From: Rhodospirillaceae bacterium
GTDB taxonomy: Bacteria > Pseudomonadota > Alphaproteobacteria > Rhodospirillales > Rhodospirillaceae
NCBI GenBank assembly: GCA_045564915.1
Contig: JBJLGL010000014.1
Coordinates: 7,691-71,690 of the forward strand
DNA length: 64,000 nucleotides
Direction: 5' to 3'
Position numbers and translations under genes: made by a program. Positions 32,587-41,919 of the stretch are shown one piece after another. A model generated the notes under the pieces. The model did no database searches. It worked only from the letters and a program-made list of their open reading frames with translations, and was not told the DNA's origin. Numbering within the stretch: the stretch's first letter is position 1; every line of letters begins with the position of its first letter.

Positions 32587-33026
32587 ACGTCAGGGCTCTC
32601 CTATTAAATCAAAATCATGAGGCATAGCTAAAAACTGCCCCACCTTATGCATGCTAATTATTAGATCACGCACTACCATTACGCCGATTATGCGTAGTAA
32701 TTCAATGCGTATAACTAGATTTTTAGGGCCATATCTGGTGAGTATAGTTGCGTCGCGAACCGTGAATACCTCAGAAGATACGCTGGCGGTTATGACGAGA
32801 ATCCCAACTCCTTATCCGGTCTGCTAATCAAACAATATACCATGCTACTGCATAGCCAGCCATTACATGCGGTAAAACAATGTTGTTTAGGGATGAATAA
32901 GCGGGGATTGCTATGACTTCCGGATCAGCGATAATCCCGAGGAAATAGATTTTTGAGTAATACTACCAGCAGGGCAATACCTACAGTCAAGAATGACCTA
33001 AGTTGGTTCAATTGCTGACTGGAGTA

Positions 33027-35024
33027 TTACAAACGCTCGACCTCTGAGACAATATCCTCGCCTGCCTGCTTAGGGATTGTCGGCGCACGCTCGGTTTCAT
33101 AAAAATAAGAACCCGTGCGGTTCCCAAACCATACGACCTCGCGGCACCAGTCGTCGAGCTTCTGCCATTGGTCTTTAGCTCTTAGAACCCGAACTCTTTC
33201 TGATGCTCGCCCACCATTCAGCTCTACTTTAACAACACTCTCCCATAGATCTAGAACCTGCGTTTTCAGAGGAACCACTAAGTCCTCTCCCACAAATGGA
33301 ACCTTTAGAAGAACTTTATTAAGATGGATAGCTTCGTCGATAAGCAACTCATCCATCTCGATGTTTGACGCAGCAACATACTCCAAAAGAAGTCGTTTTG
33401 ATTCATCGTAAAACTGATCGATTCTGCCATCCGCGACAATTCTCATCACCATAATTTCATCAGGTTTCCAAAATGAATTTAAAAAGCGCTCCTCATGGTA
33501 ATATTCGCCACTACCAGACTGTATTGCTTGAGCATGCCCCCGTAAAAAATCACCCACTTCAGCAATAAGCGGATAATCAGACGCATCTGCATCGAGTATA
33601 TATTCTATAATAGACCGGTATTCGCCTTCACCCGCCTGATTAACCATTACCATCGGTATTTGTAGCATTTTATCAAAGTGGAGAAAGTCAGCCATCCAGG
33701 CGAAGACTCTGGTCTTTCGCCACTCGGCCGGAGGCATAGTCTTAGTCGAGACAACCAAATATTGATATTCTTGTACATCATCTTCGTGTTCAACATTTTC
33801 TCCATATCCGTTGACGACCGGTATTCTGACGGTTTCCATCTTATGGGTTTTCTGATACCTGGGGTCACCCATTTCGGCATTCGGCAATATACTAAGGTTG
33901 TTGAACCGAATTCTATTGTGCTGGCCGTTGGAGATCAGATCATCCACACTACTAGCGAAAGTATCGTATGTATCGCCCGGAAGCCCCAATATCAGCTCTG
34001 AATACGTTTCGATATTGTGGTGGGTAAAGCGTTCCTGAAGTGTCTGATAACTATCGAGGCTAATGTTTGCACGTCTTATGATCTCAAGGGTTTTGGGGTT
34101 CGTGCTTTGCATCGATAAAGACACTCCCTTACTCAGACCCGCATCAGAAAGTATCTTCTGCACTTCAAAGGAACGACCGGTAGCATTCTTGGTGTTTTGA
34201 ACAGAGAAGATAACCGGATAACCGGATCGACGTTTCTGTTCCGCCATTTGTTCAGCGATGGTTTCGTCCCTGGGCAGAATGCCAAAATTGGCATCACAGC
34301 AGTAGATGAACGGTATACGGTTATGTGAAAACCACTCGATTTCCTCTAGAAGCCGCTCCGTTCCAAAACGAGCCACCTTCGATGCCGTATTGGAGCCCCA
34401 GTCGCAAAACGTACAACTGAAAGGACATCCGCGGTTAGTTTCCCATAATGCCGTCCATTTCTCGTCTGGATTCTCCTCGAACAATTTGTCAAAGACACCC
34501 GTTAAGTACGGCGAAGGAATATCATCTAAATTACGCAACCTTGGAGCGCCCAATGTAGTCACGACCTCACCATTGATACGGTATGAAACACTTGAAATAT
34601 TGGTCCAGTCGTTTGATGGATAACTTTCAAGCAGATCAAGAAATACTCTTTCTCCCTCGGCGTGCACAACAACATCAATCATGGCATTGTCCGCTAAGAA
34701 CTCATCTGAGCGAGAAGGGACTTGAGGTCCGCCGACAATAATCAATGTATCCGGGCTTTGCTCTTTAACCCTCCTTGCAACCTCTAGAGAAATTCCCTCA
34801 TTCCAAGTATACAAGCTAATAGCTACTATATCTGCCTGCGCTAACTTACTAACGATATCTCTAACAGGTTCTCGTTTGAAGATTGGTGTCAAAAATTCAT
34901 AGGACTCTGGTCGGGATGAATATGTGACAGCATAGGATTGCAGCATCCCTACGGAGTAAGGAACCCAACTTTGACCTGCAAAGCCCCCGTTGATTTGAAC
35001 CAAGCCTATCTTAGTCTGTTCCAT
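33027..35024 (-). CDS. B12-binding-domain radical SAM protein (class B, probable methylase)
   Basis: 665 aa. The N-terminal cobalamin-binding-like region is ADIVAISLYTWN...LIIVGGPQ, and the CX3CX2C cluster is NRGCPFSCTFCDWG. Confidence 0.8.
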   Translation of the reverse strand: MEQTKIGLVQINGGFAGQSWVPYSVGMLQSYAVTYSSRPESYEFLTPIFKREPVRDIVSKLAQADIVAISLYTWNEGISLEVARRVKEQSPDTLIIVGGPQVPSRSDEFLADNAMIDVVVHAEGERVFLDLLESYPSNDWTNISSVSYRINGEVVTTLGAPRLRNLDDIPSPYLTGVFDKLFEENPDEKWTALWETNRGCPFSCTFCDWGSNTASKVARFGTERLLEEIEWFSHNRIPFIYCCDANFGILPRDETIAEQMAEQKRRSGYPVIFSVQNTKNATGRSFEVQKILSDAGLSKGVSLSMQSTNPKTLEIIRRANISLDSYQTLQERFTHHNIETYSELILGLPGDTYDTFASSVDDLISNGQHNRIRFNNLSILPNAEMGDPRYQKTHKMETVRIPVVNGYGENVEHEDDVQEYQYLVVSTKTMPPAEWRKTRVFAWMADFLHFDKMLQIPMVMVNQAGEGEYRSIIEYILDADASDYPLIAEVGDFLRGHAQAIQSGSGEYYHEERFLNSFWKPDEIMVMRIVADGRIDQFYDESKRLLLEYVAASNIEMDELLIDEAIHLNKVLLKVPFVGEDLVVPLKTQVLDLWESVVKVELNGGRASERVRVLRAKDQWQKLDDWCREVVWFGNRTGSYFYETERAPTIPKQAGEDIVSEVERL

Positions 35025-35095
35025 ATTCTATTCCGTAAGTCGCCATGACCGGGAACTCCAGTAACCAACTTTCTGTAAAAGCAATGAGATCAGCC

Positions 35096-36199
35096 CTAAT
35101 ACTTTACCTTTTCGGTAACATCATATTTCAGAATCTTGTCCACACATTCGCTCAAAAAAAATTGTTCTTCAGTTCCAACTGTCTTGTAAAGACGGGCACG
35201 CTCTTGAATGTGCGGCAGTTGAGCGCCGTCATGCCCTAAAGTCCCTAACAATCTTCCTCCAACAATCCGTGCAAACCCCTCCTTTGCAACTGCTAACGCA
35301 TCCTGAATAGCCACGCCGTCAACATCAGATATTATTCGGGCAATATGATTCACGAACAAATTAGCATCATATTGCCAATGGGGCCTCAATATTGCCTCAG
35401 TTATCGATCTATCCGTATCATCTAAGATCCCATCTCTTATATTACCTTCGTGTTTCTGCCTAACAGCCTGCAGGTCATTTATCAGTCGAATCTTACCCTT
35501 TAATACTGGCGTAAACATCCATAAATACTCAGCCGAAAAATGAGGGAAATTTATCTTGTAAGCATCTGGTGGCACACACTCAATGTATCGGTCTGCCCTT
35601 GTCATCAGATACATCGTATTACAAAAATGTCTAATGAAGTGAAAAAGCCTATTCGTTGCTGTTGCTTCCATGTTCTCAAAAGTTGCATGCAACATCCCAG
35701 TATCTGGCACCACCCCGTTAACATAATCCCTTTTGTTGAGCTGATCATTAAGCCAAAGAAATACATGGTCCCCTAGAACACCCCCAACGTCTTTATCTTT
35801 ATCCATGATAATGCTGGCTTTTTCTAAGGTAATCGGTATCGGAATATCATCATCACACGTCATTGTGACGTACTTTGTCTCCACCATCGTAGCGGCCACA
35901 GCAATTGCCTGATTTAAACTTATAGCCAGCGGCATACCCGGGGACTTTGGCACTGAGATATGTTCGACATGATAAGATGGCTCCAAGTTCTGAATCAGAT
36001 CATTAGTGATGCCAAACTCTCTACGTTCACTGGAATCAGACAAAAACAATTGGCCGCCAAAATCTAACTCATCCAGCCCGCCGATCATTCTCGCCAAAAA
36101 ATGAGATCTTCGGTAGGTTGGAACAATGATTGTAAAATCTTTACCGTACATCATTAATTTCCTCGCCCCCTCAATCAGAAGGCTGTTTATACGTTCCAT
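35096..36199 (-). CDS. glycosyltransferase family 2-like protein (tentative)
   Basis: 367 aa with TIIVPTYRRSHFL near the N-terminus and an acidic TCDDD motif. The rest is unrecognised. Confidence 0.4.
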   Translation of the reverse strand: MERINSLLIEGARKLMMYGKDFTIIVPTYRRSHFLARMIGGLDELDFGGQLFLSDSSERREFGITNDLIQNLEPSYHVEHISVPKSPGMPLAISLNQAIAVAATMVETKYVTMTCDDDIPIPITLEKASIIMDKDKDVGGVLGDHVFLWLNDQLNKRDYVNGVVPDTGMLHATFENMEATATNRLFHFIRHFCNTMYLMTRADRYIECVPPDAYKINFPHFSAEYLWMFTPVLKGKIRLINDLQAVRQKHEGNIRDGILDDTDRSITEAILRPHWQYDANLFVNHIARIISDVDGVAIQDALAVAKEGFARIVGGRLLGTLGHDGAQLPHIQERARLYKTVGTEEQFFLSECVDKILKYDVTEKVKY

Positions 36200-36240
36200 T
36201 GTTTAATAATGGGACAACGCATAATGTCAGTATAACAAAA

Positions 36241-36295
36241 GGTTAAATGATCCGTTAGCGCAATTCTGCGTAAAACTCATAAAGACATTTGGCCA
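36241..36295. repeat. direct repeat copy A1 (30 nt identical, then ~18/25 identical, to 42815-42869)
   Basis: ggttaaatgatccgttagcgcaattctgcg is identical in both copies. It spans the stop and last codons of a minus-strand 36-aa ORF (36255-36365, ...AKCLYEFYAELR*). Confidence 0.85.
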
Positions 36296-36395
36296 CACTA
36301 TCTGGATCATTGTCGGGCTGGTAATCAGCACCCCCGACAATACATGGCTTGGCATCTGGTCTCATCTCACCGGCTCTTTCAATCGATGAATAAGC

Positions 36396-36485
36396 GGAGA
36401 GGTGCCTGAGTGGTCGAACGGGGCGGTCTCGAAAACCGTTGTGCGCGCGAGCGTACCGTGGGTTCGAATGCCACCCTCTCCACCA
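36396..36485 (+). tRNA. tRNA-Ser (anticodon CGA), second divergent copy, possibly impaired
   Basis: Shows 84/90 identity to 27240-27329 and has the same anticodon loop. The variable arm is GTGCGC-GCGA-GCGTAC. The T arm GTGGG-TTCGAAT-GCCAC has a G:G mismatch at the loop-closing pair. The discriminator is A. Confidence 0.65.
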
Positions 36486-36493
36486 TCTATGGC

Positions 36494-37543
36494 CTATAGG
36501 GATGCTGACGAAAGTATGACCCTCTCCATCCCCTCGCGCTCTACCTTGACTCCAAAGCTCTGTTCTAGCGCATTAAATAGTGTATCCACATTACCGACCT
36601 TTAAGAATCCTCCAAACCGCAATTCTTTAAGCGCCGGATCTTGTATTACGATTTGGATGTCGGTGTAACGGCTCACTTCAGAGACTACTGCCGCCAGAGG
36701 TTCTCCGGCAAAGGCAAGCAGACCCTGCCGCCAGGCCAGCTTCCGATTCATTTCAGGCGGAGAAATGGTGGTCACCTTCTCGATTGTATCACTGACGATG
36801 GCATTCTCCCCTGCGGTCAAGCCAACCAAAAGGTCATTGAAGGTTTCACCGCCCACGTTTGCTTCGGGGCGAGGATTCTCAGGCAACACATATAATCTGA
36901 CGTCCCCTTCGGTGACAGTGACTTCAATATTTTTTTCCCGCCGGTATACACTGAAAGCTGTGCCAACTGCTGTTATAACCCGATTATCAACATATACGGA
37001 AAATGGACGCTTCTTTTCGACCGCGACAGTGAAATGCACCTCACCCCGCTGAAGCCTGACGTTGCGAGACTCTTTAGTCAGCACTACTTCAATTTCACTA
37101 TCAGTGTTCAATTGAAGCTCTGACCCATCTGTCAGCAAAACTGTTTTTTGAGTGCCGATAACGGTACGGTGAATCTGTGGCACATCAGTCCGCGGCAAGA
37201 AGAATGGCTGCCCAAGGATCAAGACCACCGCCACAGCTGCTGCACTCCCCAACACTGCGATGCGGTGACGAACCTCAAATCCAAAGCGTTCAAGCAAAGT
37301 CGGCTGAGCCATTGAGTTTGCTTTTCTGCCCTTCAAGGAAGCTAACATGTCAGAGTTGGCCCAAGTCTGAGCAGCCCGGTCGGCTGCTTCCTGATGTTGC
37401 CGACTCTGGGTGCACCAAGCTTCAAATGCTGCCCGGTCCCGATCAGACGCGCTATCGACATCCAAACGGACGATCCAAGTCGCCGCTTCAGCGTCTAGCA
37501 CTTCCGTGTCGGGGAAGGTCACGATCTTGTCATCGTCACTCAT
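36494..37543 (-). CDS. FecR-family anti-sigma factor / transmembrane sensor
   Basis: 349 aa with an N-terminal anti-sigma region, one TM (IAVLGSAAAVAVVLILG) and a periplasmic FecR-like LLTDGSELQLNTDSE. Confidence 0.8.
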   Translation of the reverse strand: MSDDDKIVTFPDTEVLDAEAATWIVRLDVDSASDRDRAAFEAWCTQSRQHQEAADRAAQTWANSDMLASLKGRKANSMAQPTLLERFGFEVRHRIAVLGSAAAVAVVLILGQPFFLPRTDVPQIHRTVIGTQKTVLLTDGSELQLNTDSEIEVVLTKESRNVRLQRGEVHFTVAVEKKRPFSVYVDNRVITAVGTAFSVYRREKNIEVTVTEGDVRLYVLPENPRPEANVGGETFNDLLVGLTAGENAIVSDTIEKVTTISPPEMNRKLAWRQGLLAFAGEPLAAVVSEVSRYTDIQIVIQDPALKELRFGGFLKVGNVDTLFNALEQSFGVKVEREGMERVILSSASL

Positions 37544-38192
37544 CTTTAGTACTTCGTCTCAGGTTGGAGGTTCCGGTAATATATAAACTTGTAGTTTTCT
37601 CTAGAGCAAAGCGCCCTTTATTGCGTTTCGGATCACCAAAGTCTGCCGGGTTGTAACCCTTTCGCCGTAATGTATCCATACACTTCAACAAACCCGTGGC
37701 GACATGTTTCTCAATGGTACTTGGGGAAAGTTTCATACGCTTGGCTATTTCTTTGTAAGACAGACCATCTACCTTTCTAAGTTCGAAAGCCCTGCGGCAT
37801 TGCGGCGGCAAGGTCATAACTACCTCACTCATGATGACAAGGCGTTGCCGATCGGATACTTGTTCATCGACGGCAACCTGGCCGCTGTCAGTTAAGACCT
37901 CCGGACTAACAAAATCCTCTATATAGTCCGTCGTCGCCAAAGACTTTTTTGCCAGAAAATTGAGCGCAAGGTTTTTAGCTACTCTAAAGAGATATGCTTT
38001 AGGCGCTCGGATCGGACGTTCGGATTCCGCGACGAACGCGTGCAAAAAAGTCTCCTGAGTTAAGTCTTCTATGTCCTGCTGACGTGGCAGGTAGCGTGCC
38101 AGCAAACGGCGGAGAGCCGCTTCGTTTTCCACAAAAACCTTGTGAATCAGAGACATTCCTAACTCCGTTCTTCCTGCTATCTTGCTTCTCAA
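37536..38192 (-). CDS. ECF (sigma-70 family) RNA polymerase sigma factor (start may be the Met at 38156)
   Basis: Region 2 is DIEDLTQETFLHAF and region 4 is LSYKEIAKRMKLSPSTIEKHV. It overlaps fecR by 8 nt. Confidence 0.85.
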   Translation of the reverse strand: MRSKIAGRTELGMSLIHKVFVENEAALRRLLARYLPRQQDIEDLTQETFLHAFVAESERPIRAPKAYLFRVAKNLALNFLAKKSLATTDYIEDFVSPEVLTDSGQVAVDEQVSDRQRLVIMSEVVMTLPPQCRRAFELRKVDGLSYKEIAKRMKLSPSTIEKHVATGLLKCMDTLRRKGYNPADFGDPKRNKGRFALEKTTSLYITGTSNLRRSTKDE

Positions 38193-38343
38193 ATAGCGTC
38201 ACAACATTATACTTACCGTTATGCGATGGTGGAAAACAAGAAAATCGGCAAATTTTATGGCGGATTCTCTTATGTTGTCGGTCTTATACAGCGAGGCTGG
38301 TGAAAATAGAGTTCCGCTGTTGTTGATTACCTTGCCGACGAGA

Positions 38344-41070
38344 ATGACGCCGCGTGCCTTTGTGAGGCGAAACGCGGTATGGGGGTTATTTTTTGCTCTA
38401 ATGCTATCAGTCAGCACTGTCAATTCGGCGCTGGCAAAATCAGACCGGCATTATGATCTCGAAATCCGGGATCGCCGGTTAGGCGATGCCGCGCAAAATC
38501 TTTCGCGGCAGACCGGACTTGAGCTGCTGTTTCCCTTCGAGTTGGCAGACACTGTTGGCATAAACCTGGTCGTGGGTCGTTATACGGTGCCGGAAGCACT
38601 AGACGTAATGCTTAGTGACACGGGTTACTCAGGCAGCCTGACTACTGACGGAGTTATAACGATTTTTCGCCGCGCCACGAATGATGCAGGTCAACCGGAG
38701 GTAAATATGTCTGAATATCAAAAACCAAGCCAATCTCTTCTTGGCCGCATGCTGACGTCCGTCGCCGCGGTGTTAACAGCGACAGCAGCAACGCCGGACT
38801 CACCGGTCCGTGCTCAAGAGGTTGCACTCGAGGAAATTGTGGTCACCACCCGTAAGCGAGAAGAAAGCCTTCAGGATGTGCCGCTTTCTATTACAGCGCT
38901 GACCCTCGAAGATATTACCCGACGTAATATCACTGACCTTGAAAGTGTGGCCCGTCAAACCGCCGGCCTGATTTATGAGGACCTTTCGACCACTTTTAAT
39001 GGCGTTCTGACCATCCGCGGTCTGGCCCAAGCGGAAGTCCAAAACCGGGTGCAAAACGTGGCCGTATTCGTCGACGGTGTGTATATCCCGCGCAATTATT
39101 CCGTCGATATGGGAATCAGCGATTTTGAACGAATTGAAGTGGTTAAAGGCCCTCAAAGCGCACTCTATGGCCAAAATGCATTCGCCGGCGCCTTGAACTA
39201 CGTCACACTTAAGCCCTCTTTGACCGACTTTGAGGGGTCAGCTGAACTGACATTGGGGACGGCAGGACGTTTGGATTACAAGTTCGCAGCGGGAGGGCCA
39301 ATTGTCGAAGATGTCTTAGCCGTTCGCGGATTCTACGGCTCGACCGAATTCAACGGCAACCGGCGCAACAATTTTCCCAATATCCCCAAAAGCCTTGAGA
39401 AGACCGGTGGCTATGATCGCGAAGCCATAAATCTGAGTGCCATTTTCACACCGGCGGAAAACCTAGAAATCGACCTTCTTTACAAACATGTCGAGCGCTC
39501 AGAAGAAGTGCGGCCAGGGTATACGGTCTCGGGCAACAGACCACAGATTCTGCTCAATTGCGGCCCGGCAACACCAAACACAAATGGCAACCCGGCGTTT
39601 TATTGCGGCGAAATACCTAATTCTGCAAATCCATTTCAATCGCCGCTATCCCGTCGGCTGCCGGGTGATCTTTTCGCACCTCAGCCGGGCAGTGATACCG
39701 AATCAGACCTTTATCGGGCGAGTCTGGGTTATCAGTTCGATGATGCTTGGCGCTTTGACTACACCTATGGCCGCGTCGAAGCTAAAGGCCAGGAGATTGC
39801 CCACATCACCGATGATCCTGCCGGTTTCGGTGTTTCCACATCACAAAAGGAAGGTGGCATCAACGACTTCGAGAGCCACGAAGCACGGGTTTCATATACG
39901 CCTGCAGACAGCCCTTTCTCCGCCGAACTTGGGTTTTATAACGCAGACCAACAAGATGACTTCGTATTCCATCTTGGCCTGGTGTTCGGATTCCTTGGCC
40001 CTGTTGTTATCGAAGACACAACCTCGGGTTTTCTCGACACCACCGGATTCTTTATTCCGTTGCGCAATTTCGTGGTTAATGAAACTACTGACGCATTGTT
40101 TGGAAGCCTGAGCTATGACTTCGCTGATGATCGTGCGACCCTCACTGTTGAGGCCCGCAATTCATGGGTCGACGTCAATTTCTTCGATAACGTCGCTCGA
40201 ATTGCTGAACAGACCGACAATTATAACAACTTCACTCCACGTATCACTTTGGAATACGACGCAACGGAAGACTCCATGCTGTATGCGTCAGTTGCCAAGG
40301 GCGTCAAGGCGGGCGGCTTCAACGGTTTCGTCGCCGGGCCCGTTAATCTCCTTGCTGCGGAACAAACCTTTAGTGAGGAAAAAAACTGGACCTATGAGAT
40401 AGGTAGCAAAAATACATTTGCTGACGGGCGGTTTGCGTTCAATGCAGCCGCCTACTATGTCGATTGGTCATCTGCACAGGTCCAATCTCTGCCCAGTAAT
40501 TTCGATACAGTCAACCTCCAGGCAGGTAGTGTGGCCCCAACCATTTTTCTCAATATCGGCGATGTCAAAAGTTGGGGTATTGAACTTGATGGAACCTATG
40601 TCATCAATGAGAACTTCAGCATTAATTTCTCGGCCACCACATCTGATCCGAAATATAAGAGCGGCACGAAAGTGGGCCAGTTTGTGGGTATTTGCGATGG
40701 CATTTTCTGCCCAGCGGACGGGGATGTGAGCGGCAACAGTTTGCCACGTCAATCTAAAACTCAAGCCACGTTTGGCGCTCAATACGAAACACCCATCCTC
40801 AGTGACTATGAGTTTTATGCCCGCGCTGACCTAACCTACCAATCCAAACGCATCACAGACGCCATGAATTTCGCCTGGGCCCCAGAGCGTTACAATCTAA
40901 GCGCTAGTGCGGGGATCATTGGAGATAATTGGTCGCTTACCGCCTGGGGGGATAATCTTACAGCTGAAAAATATGCGACAAGTTCATTGTTCATCATACA
41001 GTTCAGCCGTTATGGGCCAGCTGTAAATGACGGTCCGGCCGGTGGCCTAACGTTGAAAGTCAATATCTAA
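38344..41070 (+). CDS. TonB-dependent receptor with an N-terminal signalling (STN) extension
   Basis: I prefer the Met at 38344 (MTPRAFVRRNAVWGLFFALMLSVSTVNSALA). The STN-like region is YDLEIRDRRLGDAAQNLSRQTGLELLF and the plug starts EEIVVTTRKREESLQDVPLSITAL. The track ORF starts at 38221. Confidence 0.85.
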   Translation: MTPRAFVRRNAVWGLFFALMLSVSTVNSALAKSDRHYDLEIRDRRLGDAAQNLSRQTGLELLFPFELADTVGINLVVGRYTVPEALDVMLSDTGYSGSLTTDGVITIFRRATNDAGQPEVNMSEYQKPSQSLLGRMLTSVAAVLTATAATPDSPVRAQEVALEEIVVTTRKREESLQDVPLSITALTLEDITRRNITDLESVARQTAGLIYEDLSTTFNGVLTIRGLAQAEVQNRVQNVAVFVDGVYIPRNYSVDMGISDFERIEVVKGPQSALYGQNAFAGALNYVTLKPSLTDFEGSAELTLGTAGRLDYKFAAGGPIVEDVLAVRGFYGSTEFNGNRRNNFPNIPKSLEKTGGYDREAINLSAIFTPAENLEIDLLYKHVERSEEVRPGYTVSGNRPQILLNCGPATPNTNGNPAFYCGEIPNSANPFQSPLSRRLPGDLFAPQPGSDTESDLYRASLGYQFDDAWRFDYTYGRVEAKGQEIAHITDDPAGFGVSTSQKEGGINDFESHEARVSYTPADSPFSAELGFYNADQQDDFVFHLGLVFGFLGPVVIEDTTSGFLDTTGFFIPLRNFVVNETTDALFGSLSYDFADDRATLTVEARNSWVDVNFFDNVARIAEQTDNYNNFTPRITLEYDATEDSMLYASVAKGVKAGGFNGFVAGPVNLLAAEQTFSEEKNWTYEIGSKNTFADGRFAFNAAAYYVDWSSAQVQSLPSNFDTVNLQAGSVAPTIFLNIGDVKSWGIELDGTYVINENFSINFSATTSDPKYKSGTKVGQFVGICDGIFCPADGDVSGNSLPRQSKTQATFGAQYETPILSDYEFYARADLTYQSKRITDAMNFAWAPERYNLSASAGIIGDNWSLTAWGDNLTAEKYATSSLFIIQFSRYGPAVNDGPAGGLTLKVNI

Positions 41071-41150
41071 GCAAGCAACTAAGTGCGTATTTAGAGGAAT
41101 CCGTGGGACTGCTGTATGCTGTGGCATTTGACTCAATAGGCGAGGTTTAG

Positions 41151-41918
41151 ATGGAAACTCGTACGGTGCCGCAGCGGTTGCGCGCTCAGATTGACTTGCC
41201 AACACCCGTTGCTATTTGGGTCATCAGTGCACATGCAATCGCCCAGTTCACCCCGTTGGTGTTACTGTGGGTTGTCTACACCAATTGGGAGTTTGTCGCC
41301 GCCAACACATATGCACCGGGGCTCTTCTACCTCGCCGTCGCTATAATGATGGCGACGTCAGCCTTTGAAATTGCCCAGAACACCTTTGACAATTGGTATC
41401 TCGAGCCAGGTATGGGTAGTACGGATCAGCCTGCGCTAGCAGATTTTGTGTTCTATCTTTTTTCTTCTACCAGCTTGGTAGTGTTGATCGCAGCTTGCAT
41501 GGGGCACCTGTGGTGGCTGGTCTTTGGTAGCGCAGCTTTGGTTGGCGTTTTTGCCTTTCTCTATTTGACCGGACGCGCGCCTTTTGCCGTTCTCGGAATT
41601 CTTGGACTGGTCTCAACTATTATTTTGTTTCTAGCCTTCGGCAACCCCATCATATTCTTGCAGTTCGTCACTGTGCAGCTCACGCTTTACTTTTTCACAC
41701 TGCTTCTCAAAACAAAGGCGCAATCCATGCACGGGTTCACAGCCTTCACCAGCACACTGGGATTGTGGGTGCTGGCCTGGGCCATCATCGGTAGCGCCGC
41801 CGGTCAACCTAAGAGCTGGGTTTTTGTACTCATACTTGCGGCCGGTATTGGACTGGCAGCGCTCTTATTGAAAGCGAGACTAGAGAAACTCACGGCAACA
41901 TCGCATCGTTCCGTATAG
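41151..41918 (+). CDS. integral membrane protein, about 8 predicted TM helices, unknown family
   Basis: 255 aa that is almost entirely hydrophobic. Its stop lies 1 nt before the next start. Confidence 0.5.
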   Translation: METRTVPQRLRAQIDLPTPVAIWVISAHAIAQFTPLVLLWVVYTNWEFVAANTYAPGLFYLAVAIMMATSAFEIAQNTFDNWYLEPGMGSTDQPALADFVFYLFSSTSLVVLIAACMGHLWWLVFGSAALVGVFAFLYLTGRAPFAVLGILGLVSTIILFLAFGNPIIFLQFVTVQLTLYFFTLLLKTKAQSMHGFTAFTSTLGLWVLAWAIIGSAAGQPKSWVFVLILAAGIGLAALLLKARLEKLTATSHRSV

Positions 41919-41919
41919 G

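Noticed and set aside
32590-32679. A 29-aa minus-strand ORF (MVVRDLIISMHKVGQFLAMPHDFDLIGEP) ending 4 nt before the 487-aa methyltransferase start. I considered it as a RiPP precursor for the radical-SAM and methyltransferase set.
   Set aside because: It has no SD upstream and its 3' end merely overlaps the downstream gene's SD. It has no Cys/Ser/Thr-rich core or recognisable leader. It cannot be distinguished from a chance ORF in AT-rich DNA.
41044-41070. The TonB-dependent receptor ends ...GGLTLKVNI rather than with an aromatic residue. I considered a truncated C-terminus.
   Set aside because: The last strand keeps the alternating hydrophobic pattern and the ORF length is normal. This is insufficient evidence for truncation. 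It is noted under the module finding only.
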